A stretch of 64,000 bases of DNA. Origin: an uncultured bacterium (GTDB lineage Bacteria > Hydrothermota > UBA3073 > NMUJ01 > CBEVQO01). Position numbers and translations under genes: made by a program. This document shows positions 17,921 to 27,937 of the stretch, in pieces. How positions within the stretch are numbered: the stretch's first letter is position 1; the number at the start of each line of letters is the position of its first letter. The notes under the pieces were generated by a model, which was not told the DNA's origin, ran no database searches, and saw only the letters and a program-made list of their open reading frames with translations. The DNA is taken from positions 96,001 to 160,000 of the forward strand of contig CBEVQO010000005.1 of assembly GCA_965552055.1 (NCBI GenBank), given 5' to 3'.

Positions 17921-18910
17921 ATGAGGTGTGTGTTTGTTGTGGTTGTGGGAGGCGGTCTTTTCTTTTCGTCCATTGAGGCTGTATTTGCTGAGCCGACCGT
18001 AGGGTGTCCTCACGATGTGGGCAAAGGTAAATTCAAAGTTCGCAATAGAACAGCGTATATTCGGGCATCGAAATGCTACTCTGACGAAGTATGGAAGGCG
18101 CTTCGCGATAGTTCACAGTACTCAAAAGATTATGACAAAATGGTGGGTTTGCCAGAGGGCTGGCATATGAAGAAGAACAAAATTGCAATAGGATTGGAGT
18201 ATGGGATTATTGATAGGCTAAGTGTGGGAATCTTCCTTCCTTATGTGGTGAAAGATTTAAAGAGACAGGTCTGGTCGAAGCAGGCTAATAAAACTGTATG
18301 GAAGGAGGTTAAGGATAGTGGACTTGAGGATTTCTGGCTATCGGTCAAATATCTGGTATATTCAAAATCCAAAGGATTACTGGGCTTTAACTGGGAGGAT
18401 GGGCTTTTTGTTGCCCTCAGCTATAAGCCTTCTGTTAGTTCTGATGAGAAGATTAAAAATGGTATAGGAAGCGGAGCAAATGAGTTTAAATTTGTGGTTC
18501 TCTCTCATCCTCATTTTACCGAGAACTTCTTCCTGTGTAGCGATGTATGGTATCAATACAGAGGAAAGGTCAAAGAGATAGATGGCTTTTCGAAGTCTGG
18601 CTGGGAACTTGGAGATAGATTTGGGTATCGTTTCTTTTTTGGATATGAGTTTAAAAAATTCGCCATAGTTGGTGGTCCACAGGGTTGGCTTGCCCAAAGT
18701 AATAAAGATAAAGACGGAAAAGAAATTGAAGATAGTAATATGTATTCCCACGGAATAGTGGTAAAATTGCGATACCAACCATTTGGGGATGAAGAGGCAG
18801 GCTCCATAGACCTTGGTATAAGAATACCTTATGCAAATAAAACCGCTTTTGCTCCTGATTTTATGCCGGTTATCTGTGGAAGAATGAAATTTGGCAAATT
18901 TAATTTTTAA
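17921..18910 (+). CDS. Putative outer-membrane beta-barrel transporter
   Basis: Signal peptide, GLEYGIIDRLSVGIFLPY and SGLEDFWLSVKY strands, C-terminal Phe; Shine-Dalgarno AAGGAGG. Confidence 0.55.
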   Translation: MRCVFVVVVGGGLFFSSIEAVFAEPTVGCPHDVGKGKFKVRNRTAYIRASKCYSDEVWKALRDSSQYSKDYDKMVGLPEGWHMKKNKIAIGLEYGIIDRLSVGIFLPYVVKDLKRQVWSKQANKTVWKEVKDSGLEDFWLSVKYLVYSKSKGLLGFNWEDGLFVALSYKPSVSSDEKIKNGIGSGANEFKFVVLSHPHFTENFFLCSDVWYQYRGKVKEIDGFSKSGWELGDRFGYRFFFGYEFKKFAIVGGPQGWLAQSNKDKDGKEIEDSNMYSHGIVVKLRYQPFGDEEAGSIDLGIRIPYANKTAFAPDFMPVICGRMKFGKFNF

Positions 18911-18942
18911 TTGACTTTTTGAATTTAAAATTATAATTATCT

Positions 18943-19419
18943 GTGAAGAAGAATTTAACTGCGAGTCTGGAAGATTATTTAGAAGCAATATTTATTATTT
19001 CTCAAAGCCATAAAGTAGTGCGTGTTAAGGATTTGGTGAAACATTTAAAAGTAGCAGGTGCATCTGTTGAAAATGCTTTAAAAATTCTAAAAGAAAAAGG
19101 ATTGATTAATCATGAAAAATACGGTTACATAGAGCTAACGGAAAAAGGTGAAAAGGAGGCACAAAAAATCTATGAGCGTCATAAAGTGCTTCAAAGATTT
19201 TTTTCGCAGATTTTAGGTTTGGATGAATCAACAGCACAAAAGGATGCCTGTGCAATCGAGCATTACATAAGTGAGGAAGGATTAGAAAGATTAATCAAAT
19301 TTTTGAAATTTATAGAAGAATGTCCACAAGGAACTCCAAACTGGCTGAAAAGTTTACACTACTATTTTAAGACAGGAAAAAGACCGGAAGAATGTCCAAA
19401 AAGGAAATCCGCCGATTAA
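18943..19419 (+). CDS. DtxR/MntR family metal-dependent repressor
   Basis: SLEDYLEAI, ELTEKG, ERH and DACAIEHYIS motifs; own TTGACT-N15-TATAAT promoter at 18911-18937. Confidence 0.92.
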   Translation: MKKNLTASLEDYLEAIFIISQSHKVVRVKDLVKHLKVAGASVENALKILKEKGLINHEKYGYIELTEKGEKEAQKIYERHKVLQRFFSQILGLDESTAQKDACAIEHYISEEGLERLIKFLKFIEECPQGTPNWLKSLHYYFKTGKRPEECPKRKSAD

Positions 19420-19425
19420 TTAAAT

Positions 19426-19659
19426 TTATTCAAAGACTGCTTTTACTTCCTTTACTTCTGGGATTTCGTCTTTTATTCTCTTTTCGATAAAGCCTTTAAG
19501 TGTCATCTGAGCAAATGGGCATCCAGCGCATCTGCCTTTGAGACGCACAGTAACCACGCCTTCATCCGTTATTTCAACCAGTTCTACATCGCCTCCATCT
19601 ATCGCAAGATATGGCTTTATTTTATCAACAACATTCTGTACCCTTTCTCTATCAATCAT
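19426..19659 (-). CDS. NifU C-terminal (Nfu-like) Fe-S carrier
   Basis: IKPYLAIDGGDVEL and GRCAGCP motifs; Shine-Dalgarno AGGAGG. Confidence 0.9.
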   Translation of the reverse strand: MIDRERVQNVVDKIKPYLAIDGGDVELVEITDEGVVTVRLKGRCAGCPFAQMTLKGFIEKRIKDEIPEVKEVKAVFE

Positions 19660-20086
19660 CTTTCCTCCTGTTAAAAAGTTTAGAAAAAGTGTCAATTATT
19701 CTTTTTGCATGTTTAAAGCCTTCTTTTATCATCTCAACTCCAACTCCTCCCCTGTAATATCCCAAGATATGCAAATTTTCATGAACAACTCTTAAAGATG
19801 CCTGCAATTTGCCATTGTGGGGTGCTTTCTTAAGCCATTCCCAGTATTCATCATAAGAAGTAGGTAGCTTATCTTCCGGACAGCCTTTTGATAGGGCAAA
19901 TGCATCGATTGCAAGTAATGCAGAGAGATAACCTATAGCACATGCCTCTTTTACAGGTTTCTCATCCGTATAAATCCCATATTTTATTTCAACATTTTTC
20001 AAAATCTCTTTTGCATTGTTGAAATAGCGATGCGACATCTCAATCGCCTCTTCAGCACTCGTTGGACGCTTAAATGCCTTCATCAT
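19652..20086 (-). CDS. DUF5618-like (HEPN/PaREP1-related) protein, tandem copy B
   Basis: RYFNNAKEIL, YTDEKPVK and LHILGYYRG motifs; nearly identical to copy A. Confidence 0.65.
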   Translation of the reverse strand: MMKAFKRPTSAEEAIEMSHRYFNNAKEILKNVEIKYGIYTDEKPVKEACAIGYLSALLAIDAFALSKGCPEDKLPTSYDEYWEWLKKAPHNGKLQASLRVVHENLHILGYYRGGVGVEMIKEGFKHAKRIIDTFSKLFNRRKDD

Positions 20087-20532
20087 GGATTATAATCTTC
20101 ACGCTTCTTTTTTCTATCAAAAAGTTTGGAAAAAGTGTCGATTATTCTTTTTGCATGTTTAAAACCTTCTTTTATCATTTCAACTCCAACTCCTCCCCTG
20201 TAGTATCCAAAAATATGCAGATTTTCGTAAACAACTCTTAGAGATGCCTGCAATTTACCATTGTGGGGTGCTTTCTTAAGCCATTTCCAGTATTCATCAT
20301 AAGAAGTGGGTAGTTTGTCTTCCGGACAGCCTTTTGATAGGGCAAATGCGTCAATTGCGAGTAATGCAGAGAGATAACCTATAGCACATGCTTCTTTTAC
20401 AGGTTTCTCATCCGTATAAATCCCATATTTTATTTCAACATTTTTCAAAATCTCTTTTGCATTGTTAAAATAGCGATGCGACATTTCAATCGCTTCTTTG
20501 GCGCTCGTTGGACGCTTAAATGCTTTCATCAC
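20083..20532 (-). CDS. DUF5618-like protein, tandem copy A
   Basis: As copy B; preceded by TTGACA-N15-TATAAT (20561-20535, minus strand). Confidence 0.65.
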   Translation of the reverse strand: MMKAFKRPTSAKEAIEMSHRYFNNAKEILKNVEIKYGIYTDEKPVKEACAIGYLSALLAIDAFALSKGCPEDKLPTSYDEYWKWLKKAPHNGKLQASLRVVYENLHIFGYYRGGVGVEMIKEGFKHAKRIIDTFSKLFDRKKKREDYNP

Positions 20533-20572
20533 GAATTATAATCAAAAAATGAATCTGTCAAGTTTTCAAAAA

Positions 20573-21211
20573 TTAAAATTTTATAACAGCAAGATGTCTG
20601 CCTGTTTTGCCTTTATCTCTTCTGTAAGAGAAAAATTTATCCGGATGCTCATAGGTGCACAATCCGGGATTGAAAACTTTAACGCCTATCCTTTTAAGCT
20701 TTTCCTCAATTCCTCCCCACAAATCAATGTCATAACAGTTAGGACAGATAGAGGGGCTTATCAGAGCAAATTCAGGTGCTGGCACTAATTTCAGCATAGA
20801 TTCAATGATGCCAGATTCAAAGCCACGCCTACCAATATGTAAAATGCCGATATACTCGGGATGATAAAGAAAAAGAGCAACACAATCTGCAACATACACT
20901 CCAAGTGTTAAATCTTTTTTGAAAGTTATTAAACCATCGCCTTCTAAATCTTCTTTCTTATCCACAATTCTCACAATGTTGCTATGAATCTGCTTTAAAG
21001 TGATGAGATTTTCTTCACTTATGCCTATTTCTTTAAAATATCTTTTTCTATTTTCTTTCACATTTTCGGGTAAATCCCCAACATTAAAAGATAAATTTAA
21101 ACTTTCAAAATTTCCTTCGCTAACCCCTCCCATCCTTGTCGGAAAATACATTTTTACATTTTTGTAAGAGAAGTAAAAAAGTAATAATTTACCTTTTTGT
21201 AGCAATTGCAT
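20573..21211 (-). CDS. pgeF: PgeF/YfiH (laccase-domain, purine nucleoside phosphorylase) family protein
   Basis: TRMGGVS, SLNLS, QIHS, VADC and FFSYRR motifs; start uncertain. Confidence 0.85.
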   Translation of the reverse strand: MQLLQKGKLLLFYFSYKNVKMYFPTRMGGVSEGNFESLNLSFNVGDLPENVKENRKRYFKEIGISEENLITLKQIHSNIVRIVDKKEDLEGDGLITFKKDLTLGVYVADCVALFLYHPEYIGILHIGRRGFESGIIESMLKLVPAPEFALISPSICPNCYDIDLWGGIEEKLKRIGVKVFNPGLCTYEHPDKFFSYRRDKGKTGRHLAVIKF

Positions 21212-21905
21212 CTTTTATTCTTTTCTGTGCGAATTCGTAATATTGAGGCGAAATTTCGAATCCTATGAAATTTCTGCCAGTTTCAAGTGCAGCTACTGCT
21301 GTTGTGCCAGAACCTATAAAGGGGTCGAGCACTATATCCCCCGGATTGCTCGAATACAAAATTAACTTTTTTACAAGCTCGAGAGGTAGTTTTGTTGCAG
21401 TTTTTATCTTGCCAGTCCAGTACTCTCTTTTCATAAAAATAACATCTTCGGGATAATGGTCAATCTTATTGAAAATATATTTTTTCGGATTCTTCACTGC
21501 AAAAATTATATGATAATGACTTGTTACAAATTTTCGCCTTGTATAAACACCAAATTGATATTTCCATATCAGATGATTTATAACCGTTAATCCTGCATCG
21601 TCCACTGCTATCAAAATATCTTTTAAATTAGTCCAGCCAGAAAAAATATAAATGCTACCTGTTTCTTTAAGAACTCTTTTGCATTCAAAAATCCATTTTC
21701 TTGAAAATTCGAGATATTTCTCTTTGGGTATTTCATTGTAGTCTTCGAGCACTTTTTCTGCTTTTCTGTGATAATTTGAGCGCTTTGCTTTGAAATCAAT
21801 TGCAAAAGGCGGGTCTGTTATTACAAGGTCAATAGAATTATCCGGCAATTCTTTAAGAAGAATAAGGGCATCACCGCAATATATTTTATTCAACTCAAAC
21901 ATCAT
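21189..21905 (-). CDS. N6-adenine/N4-cytosine DNA methyltransferase (beta class), orphan
   Basis: N-terminal TDPPF motif IV and C-terminal VLDPFIGSGTT motif I. Confidence 0.9.
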   Translation of the reverse strand: MMFELNKIYCGDALILLKELPDNSIDLVITDPPFAIDFKAKRSNYHRKAEKVLEDYNEIPKEKYLEFSRKWIFECKRVLKETGSIYIFSGWTNLKDILIAVDDAGLTVINHLIWKYQFGVYTRRKFVTSHYHIIFAVKNPKKYIFNKIDHYPEDVIFMKREYWTGKIKTATKLPLELVKKLILYSSNPGDIVLDPFIGSGTTAVAALETGRNFIGFEISPQYYEFAQKRIKDAIATKR

Positions 21906-21936
21906 TTAAAATACTTAAATTATAACAATGTCAACA

Positions 21937-21986
21937 ATTTTTAGCCTGCTCAACTCATATGTAATGCGTGCATTCCGTTTGTAATA
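21937..21986 (+). repeat. Degenerate, internally deleted remnant of the dispersed repeat, between divergent promoters
   Basis: ATTTTTAGCC 5' end joined to CAACTCATATGTAATG (compare CAACCCATATGTAATG near 29425). Confidence 0.5.
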
Positions 21987-22142
21987 GAATTTTAAAATTT
22001 CGCTTGACATTTTCCGTTATCGATTATATAACTACGATGCAAACTTTGAGACATAACTTGCTTAATTGCATTTTAATGAAAAGAAGCACGGATATGAATA
22101 GGGAGGCGCAATTGCTTTAAATGTAAATAAAGGAGGTGTAAA

Positions 22143-22928
22143 ATGATGGGTGCAGTATTGTTGCAAATAGTGTGGATACTTTTAATTGGAGCGATTACTG
22201 GCTTTCTGGCTACCTGGCTTGGAATTGGTGGATGCTTCTTAAGAATACCTATGATGATGGCGCTATTGGGCTTACCCATCAAAACGGCTTATGCAGTGAA
22301 TATGGCTGTTATATCTATCGCCACAATACCAGGTGTAATTACGCATTACAGGATGAAGCATGTGTATAAAAAGGGATTCATTGTTGCTGCTATAGGAGCG
22401 GCAATAGGCGTGATAATCGGCACACAAATAGCAATGTATGTTCCATCAAGGACTCTCAAAATAATCTTCGGTATCGCATGTATTGGCGTCGGAATTTATA
22501 TGACATATTCTTCCATAAAGGGTAAAGGAAAAATGCCTCCAAGAGTGACGGTTGACCAGGTCGAGAAGCTGGAGCATGGGCTGAAACTCGGTGGCTTTAT
22601 GTTTTTGGCTGGTATAGCAACCGGTCTTTGTGGCTTCGGTGGAGGCATTTACTACATGCCTATTTTTAATGCGTTAGGTTATCCAATGCATATCGCTATA
22701 GGCACATCTTCAACTCAGATGATACCTGTTGCAGCAATTGGTGCAACGAACTTGACGATACATGGTTTCCAGAACTGGTTCTATGTTCTAACAATTGGAC
22801 TTGTGACAATGTTTTTCTCATGGTTAGGAGCACGAGCTACAAAGATAATGAAGGCATGGGTCTTGAGAGGAATATTTGGAGTCCTCATAGGACTTGTTGG
22901 ACTTTCTGTTGCCATAGGATTAATTTAA
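22143..22928 (+). CDS. TauE/SafE (TSUP) family transporter
   Basis: Two repeats with GIGG and GFGGG motifs, HIAIGTS; eight TM helices; Shine-Dalgarno AAGGAGG. Confidence 0.85.
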   Translation: MMGAVLLQIVWILLIGAITGFLATWLGIGGCFLRIPMMMALLGLPIKTAYAVNMAVISIATIPGVITHYRMKHVYKKGFIVAAIGAAIGVIIGTQIAMYVPSRTLKIIFGIACIGVGIYMTYSSIKGKGKMPPRVTVDQVEKLEHGLKLGGFMFLAGIATGLCGFGGGIYYMPIFNALGYPMHIAIGTSSTQMIPVAAIGATNLTIHGFQNWFYVLTIGLVTMFFSWLGARATKIMKAWVLRGIFGVLIGLVGLSVAIGLI

Positions 22929-22973
22929 ATTGTCAGATAAATTTAAATTTACCAAATGATAAGGAAAGCAAAA

Positions 22974-23310
22974 GATGATGGAGCGGATTTTTATTTTTGT
23001 CGGCAGTTCGACTCGAAGAAAAATCAAAAAAAGATATGCGAGAGATATAGGATTAGAAATAAAATTATTCCTCTATGAAAAAGCCAAGATGGAAATTCAC
23101 TTTATATCTGACCGCCATAGAATGAAGAATGCTATCTTGAAAAATGTGATATAGAACAGCAATTTGAAATTACCCATCAGGTATCCTGTTTAACGCATGG
23201 ACATCTACGCTCACAGATGGCATGCGGAATCTATGTCCAACTTGGAATTAATCTACTTAAGGGCATGACTCACAGAGAGGCATACGAAAAGGAGAATTCT
23301 GAAATATGAT
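22974..23310 (+). pseudogene. Probable degraded DDE (IS481/IS3-like integrase core) transposase fragment
   Basis: Broken-frame fragments DDGADF...KKICERYRIRNKIIPL*, EECYL and TWN*...LKGMTHREAYEK resemble TDNGxEF ... EEFY ... WN...GMTP of integrase cores. Confidence 0.4.
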
Positions 23311-23431
23311 ATATCAAAATTAAAAGGAGGAGCTCATAAAATCAGATGGTTATGTAGTCAATACACTGGAAGCAAGTTTATGGTGTTTTTTAAATAATGA
23401 TTCATATGAAAATACGGTACTGGTAGCAGTA

Positions 23432-25225
23432 TTACTCTGGCTTAACTACTGCTTTTATGATGTTTTCCGGCACTTCGTGTTTGCGCAAAAATTCTTCCCT
23501 TTCTTTTTTCATCCTCTGCACCCATTCTCTGTATTCATTTAATCTCCCTTTCTTCTCGTAATATAGTCTGGGCTCAAGTATCTCTGCTGGTACTCTTTCG
23601 AGTAGCCATGCATTTTCAGGTGCATTAACATCTGGTATTTCATAGCCAAAATCCGGGTCTTTCTTCCATTTTATTTTATCTAAAATCATTGCTTCAAGCA
23701 TCGAAGAGGAATGTCTTATTTTTACTTTTAGTGCTTCGCCTCGTTTCTCATCGAGTTCATCACCACCGATATATCCCGTATTCATCATCCACACTGTTAA
23801 TTTTGGTAATTTTTTAAGGAGTTCTGAGAATCTCTCTGCCTGCAAGCGATGTACTCTTGGGAAAAACGGCTGGGTAAATGGTGACCTTTCTTTTCCTCTT
23901 TCTTTGCCTGCTGCTGATGTCTTTGTTGTTTCACCGAGCATAAAGTATCCTGCTGCCTGTTCGGGTGATGTAAAGCGAACAATACCGGGTGTCGCAGCAT
24001 CTCTTCCCTCATCACGATTCAAAATCCCGAGAAACCTTAAAGGAGGCACCTTCCTTGGGTCTGCTGCATTTTCGATAACTCTCATAGGAATGATTGACCT
24101 GCCGTTTTGTGTCCACACAACAAAATCCCAGCCATCTTTCGGAACATTGTATTTGTCAACAATTTCTTCAAGCTTGACTTCTCCTTTTATATAACTTTCC
24201 ACATTTTCCGGAGGTGCACCGGTTTTTATAAGTGTATCGCTCCAGACCGCTACTTCTTCTCTTGATAAAATTTGTTTTGAAAAATCAAAAGTTCCATCTG
24301 GTTTCATGAATACATTTTCAACCCATGCATCAGGATGTGTTGTTCCCTTGTAAATGATTGGCTCAGATTCAGGTGTTAATCCAAAGGTCTTTGCGAAGCA
24401 TCCATTTTCGGTAATGGTAATTTTACCATCCGGCCATATACAAATCATATCGTCCTGAAGAGGCTGTGTTAATTCTCCCTGCTTTGAAAATGTGGTTGTG
24501 GTTTTTCCTGTGCCTGACAGTCCAAGTACTGCGAGCATTACGCTCTCGCCTTTCGCATGAACAACTTTTGCACCAGCATGAAGAACCAATCCACCTTTCT
24601 GATAAACATATTCGTTTAACATCCTTAATAAACCTTTCTTACTTTCCCCAAAGTAATCTGCATATAAAACATGATGCGACCAGTTTTCAAGGTCAACTAT
24701 CATCGCCTGATTCCCTGGCATATCTTCGAGATATAAACCAGATGTAAATACCAGTCTAAATAAAGGCTTGAATGGCTTTTTAAGCATGTCAGGGGGTTCT
24801 ACCATTTCCCTTGGGAAAAGCAAAACCTGTTGCATACCCGCTACATTGGCGCATTCAAAAGTATAAAAGCACTGACAGGGAACAGCATAGTCATATTCAA
24901 GCCCAAGATAACCATGTATTTCAATTACTACTCCCTGTTTTTCGACAAATTCCTTTTGACGATTTAACAATTCCTGTGCCTTATCGGGATTTATGATTTT
25001 ATGGGAGTAAAGATGTGCATCTTCTTCTGGTGCGATTATGTAAGTATATTTTGCCATCCTTGCTTTGTTTTTCGTTATTTTATTAACATTGCCGTATGCC
25101 GTGATGAATGTCGCAGGAGTGTACTTCAATGCTATTTTTCTTATTTCCCTCTGGCTCGGATTCTCAATATATTTGACATTGAAAGGTTTTAAATTTTCGT
25201 AAGCTTTTTTCCTTTCCCACATCAC
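23432..25225 (-). CDS. pckA: Phosphoenolpyruvate carboxykinase (ATP), divergent
   Basis: YFGESKKG, LHAGAK, GLSGTGKTT, LQDD, ENGCFAKT and NTGYIGG motifs. Confidence 0.88.
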   Translation of the reverse strand: MMWERKKAYENLKPFNVKYIENPSQREIRKIALKYTPATFITAYGNVNKITKNKARMAKYTYIIAPEEDAHLYSHKIINPDKAQELLNRQKEFVEKQGVVIEIHGYLGLEYDYAVPCQCFYTFECANVAGMQQVLLFPREMVEPPDMLKKPFKPLFRLVFTSGLYLEDMPGNQAMIVDLENWSHHVLYADYFGESKKGLLRMLNEYVYQKGGLVLHAGAKVVHAKGESVMLAVLGLSGTGKTTTTFSKQGELTQPLQDDMICIWPDGKITITENGCFAKTFGLTPESEPIIYKGTTHPDAWVENVFMKPDGTFDFSKQILSREEVAVWSDTLIKTGAPPENVESYIKGEVKLEEIVDKYNVPKDGWDFVVWTQNGRSIIPMRVIENAADPRKVPPLRFLGILNRDEGRDAATPGIVRFTSPEQAAGYFMLGETTKTSAAGKERGKERSPFTQPFFPRVHRLQAERFSELLKKLPKLTVWMMNTGYIGGDELDEKRGEALKVKIRHSSSMLEAMILDKIKWKKDPDFGYEIPDVNAPENAWLLERVPAEILEPRLYYEKKGRLNEYREWVQRMKKEREEFLRKHEVPENIIKAVVKPE

Positions 25226-25240
25226 TCTCTCCTTTTTACT

Positions 25241-25303
25241 AATTTAATCAAAATACAGCATTGTCAACTATTTTTATTGACAAACTGAAATTATCAGTAA
25301 AAA
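25241..25303. promoter_or_regulatory. Back-to-back divergent promoters for pckA and gdhA
   Basis: Minus: TTGACA (25267-25262)-N15-TAAATT. Plus: TTGACA (25277-25282)-N15-TAAAAA, a weak -10. Confidence 0.6.
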
Positions 25304-25326
25304 TTAATAGTAAAAAGGAGGGAGAT

Positions 25327-26571
25327 ATGGCAAGAATATCTCCTGCTGAAATGGCTAAAAAGCAATTAGAAAAAGCAGCAAAGATTATGAAACTTGACCC
25401 AAATTTGCTCGAAATATTAAAACATCCTAAGCGAGTAGTAGAAGTATCAATCCCTGTGAGAATGGATGATGGCTCAATAAAAGTATTCACAGGTTATAGA
25501 TGTCAGTATAACGATTTCAGGGGACCCTTTAAAGGGGGTATTCGCTTTCATCCCGATGTAACAAAAGAAGAAGTTATAGCACTTGCTGCTTGGATGACTT
25601 GGAAGTGTGCAGTTATAGATATTCCTTTTGGAGGAGGAAAGGGAGGAATAAAATGTGACCCCACGAAACTCTCTTTAAGGGAATTGGAAAGGTTAACGAG
25701 GCGCTTCACTTATACTTTGATGCCGTTACTCGGACCTTCAATTGATATACCTGCTCCAGATGTATTTACCGATGAAAAGACCATGGCTTGGATAATGGAT
25801 ACTTTTAGTGTATTTCAGGGACAAACAGAACCTGGTGTTGTAACAGGTAAATCACGCACAATAGGGGGCTCAGTAGGAAGGAGGGAAGCCACGGGTAGAG
25901 GTGTTGCTATCTGCACAAGGGAGATAATGAAATTATATGGAGATGATATAAAAGGAAAAACCGTAGCAGTGCAGGGATTCGGAAATGTCGGCTCTTATGC
26001 ATCAAAATATTTATCCGAAATGGGAGCAAAAATAATAGCTGTAACGGATATCACAGGTGGAGTTTATGACGAGAATGGATTGAATATTCCAGAATTGATG
26101 GAATATGTAAAAGAAAAGAAAGGTGTTAGAGGATTTACAAAAAAATCAATAACAAATGAAGAACTATTCAAACTTGATGCCGATATAATAGTCCCTGCTG
26201 CACTAGAATGTGTTATAACAGAAGAAAATATGAAAGATATAAAAGCAAAATACATTTCCGAAGGAGCAAATGGTCCCACAACACCTGAAGCAGATGAATA
26301 CCTTTACAAAAATGGCAAAATAATAATTCCAGATATTCTGGCAAATTCAGGGGGTGTGCTTGTCAGTTATTTTGAATGGGTGCAGGATAGAATGAGCTTT
26401 TACTGGTCTGAAGAAGAAGTTTTCGCAAGAATGGAAGATAAAATAAAAAAAGCAGTAAAAGAAGTTTATGAAACAGCAAAAGAATACAATACAGATTTAA
26501 GAACAGGTGCATATATACTTGCAATAAAAAGAGTAGCAGATGCTTATTATGAAAGAGGTCTATTCCCATAA
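25327..26571 (+). CDS. gdhA: Glutamate dehydrogenase
   Basis: GPFKGGIRFHP, GGGKGG, DIPAPD, QGFGNVG, EGANGP and NSGGVLVSYFEW motifs. Confidence 0.95.
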   Translation: MARISPAEMAKKQLEKAAKIMKLDPNLLEILKHPKRVVEVSIPVRMDDGSIKVFTGYRCQYNDFRGPFKGGIRFHPDVTKEEVIALAAWMTWKCAVIDIPFGGGKGGIKCDPTKLSLRELERLTRRFTYTLMPLLGPSIDIPAPDVFTDEKTMAWIMDTFSVFQGQTEPGVVTGKSRTIGGSVGRREATGRGVAICTREIMKLYGDDIKGKTVAVQGFGNVGSYASKYLSEMGAKIIAVTDITGGVYDENGLNIPELMEYVKEKKGVRGFTKKSITNEELFKLDADIIVPAALECVITEENMKDIKAKYISEGANGPTTPEADEYLYKNGKIIIPDILANSGGVLVSYFEWVQDRMSFYWSEEEVFARMEDKIKKAVKEVYETAKEYNTDLRTGAYILAIKRVADAYYERGLFP

Positions 26572-27937
26572 ACTTTCGGAACTGAGGTTAGTTGCAAGGG
26601 AATTAATGAAAAATTTGAAGAAAAAAGTTTATTACGGGGATTTGCGTCTTGAATACAGGAAAGTATTATCTTTTAAAGTATCGGAAAAGGGAGTTGATTC
26701 TCTTACACTCGAAGAAAGGGTATCCGGAGGCGTAAGGGTGTGGAAAGGTGCTTTTTCTTTTGCTTCTTTTGATTCACTGGAGAAAATAGCAGAGTCAATA
26801 GAATCGGCGATAAGTTTATCAAAATTATATTGTGAAGATAAAAAATTAACAATTGCTGAAAAAGTCGAAGGAGAATTCTATTATCCGGTGGAGAAAAATC
26901 CAGCAGAAGTTTCAGATGGCGAGAAAAAAGAATTGTTTAAAAAATGGGTAAACATAGCACTCGAAGAGATGAATGTAAAATCTGCCATTATAAATTATAT
27001 CGAAATACATTCTGTAAGAGTTTTCGCAAATACCGAAGGCTCTTTGATTTCACAAATATCACCTTACATAATTGCTTACGGTAGTATAACCGCAGAAAAA
27101 GAGAATATAAAAGAGACTATTTATTGCTATTCATGTAAAAGGGATTTCAATAAATTCAAAGATGAAATGGAAAAAGAAATCAGAGATAAATCTGGCTATG
27201 TAAATAAACTCGTACTTTATCCAAGGGTTAGAACAGGCATTTATGATATTGTCATCGACCCTGATATTTCCGGCACATTCGCGCATGAAGCATTCGGACA
27301 CCTTGCGGAAGCAGATTTCCATTATCAAAATAAGGAAATGCAAAAAGTTTTTAAGAAAGGAAGGAAAATTGGTAATGAAATGATAAGCATAGTTGATGAT
27401 GGCTCCGATATTGCTTATTTCGGTGGATACTACTTCGATGACGAAGGCGTAAAGCCAGAGAAAACTTATCTTATGAAAAATGGAGAAATAACAGGTAGAT
27501 TACATACCATCGAGACAGCAACCATAATGGGTGAAAAACCAACGGGAAATGGAAGGATAACGGACGCTCGCTTCCCACCTGTAGCCAGAATGTCCATAAC
27601 CTATATTGAACCTGGCAAAGATAAAAAAGAAGATTTGATAGCGAGTATAAAAAATGGATTCTACTGCGAAGGAGCAGCAGGAGGATGGACAGAATTCACA
27701 ACTTTTACTTTCACTCCATTAAAAGTTTATAAAGTTGAGGATGGAAAAATAAAATATCCTGTAAGAGGTGTATCTTTGCAGGGTGATATTTTTGAGACAT
27801 TGAAGAATGTAAGGGGTGTTAGCAGTGAGCTGCGATTTGTAGATGGCTGGTGCGGTAAAGATGAGCAATATCCCTTACCCATTAGCTGGGGTGGACCTTA
27901 TCTTTTGATAGAAAAGGTGAGAATAAGTGGCGATTGA
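26549..27937 (+). CDS. tldD: TldD family metalloprotease
   Basis: HEAFGHLAEAD, FDDEG, PTGNGR and CGK..Q motifs; start uncertain. Confidence 0.88.
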   Translation: MKEVYSHKLSELRLVARELMKNLKKKVYYGDLRLEYRKVLSFKVSEKGVDSLTLEERVSGGVRVWKGAFSFASFDSLEKIAESIESAISLSKLYCEDKKLTIAEKVEGEFYYPVEKNPAEVSDGEKKELFKKWVNIALEEMNVKSAIINYIEIHSVRVFANTEGSLISQISPYIIAYGSITAEKENIKETIYCYSCKRDFNKFKDEMEKEIRDKSGYVNKLVLYPRVRTGIYDIVIDPDISGTFAHEAFGHLAEADFHYQNKEMQKVFKKGRKIGNEMISIVDDGSDIAYFGGYYFDDEGVKPEKTYLMKNGEITGRLHTIETATIMGEKPTGNGRITDARFPPVARMSITYIEPGKDKKEDLIASIKNGFYCEGAAGGWTEFTTFTFTPLKVYKVEDGKIKYPVRGVSLQGDIFETLKNVRGVSSELRFVDGWCGKDEQYPLPISWGGPYLLIEKVRISGD

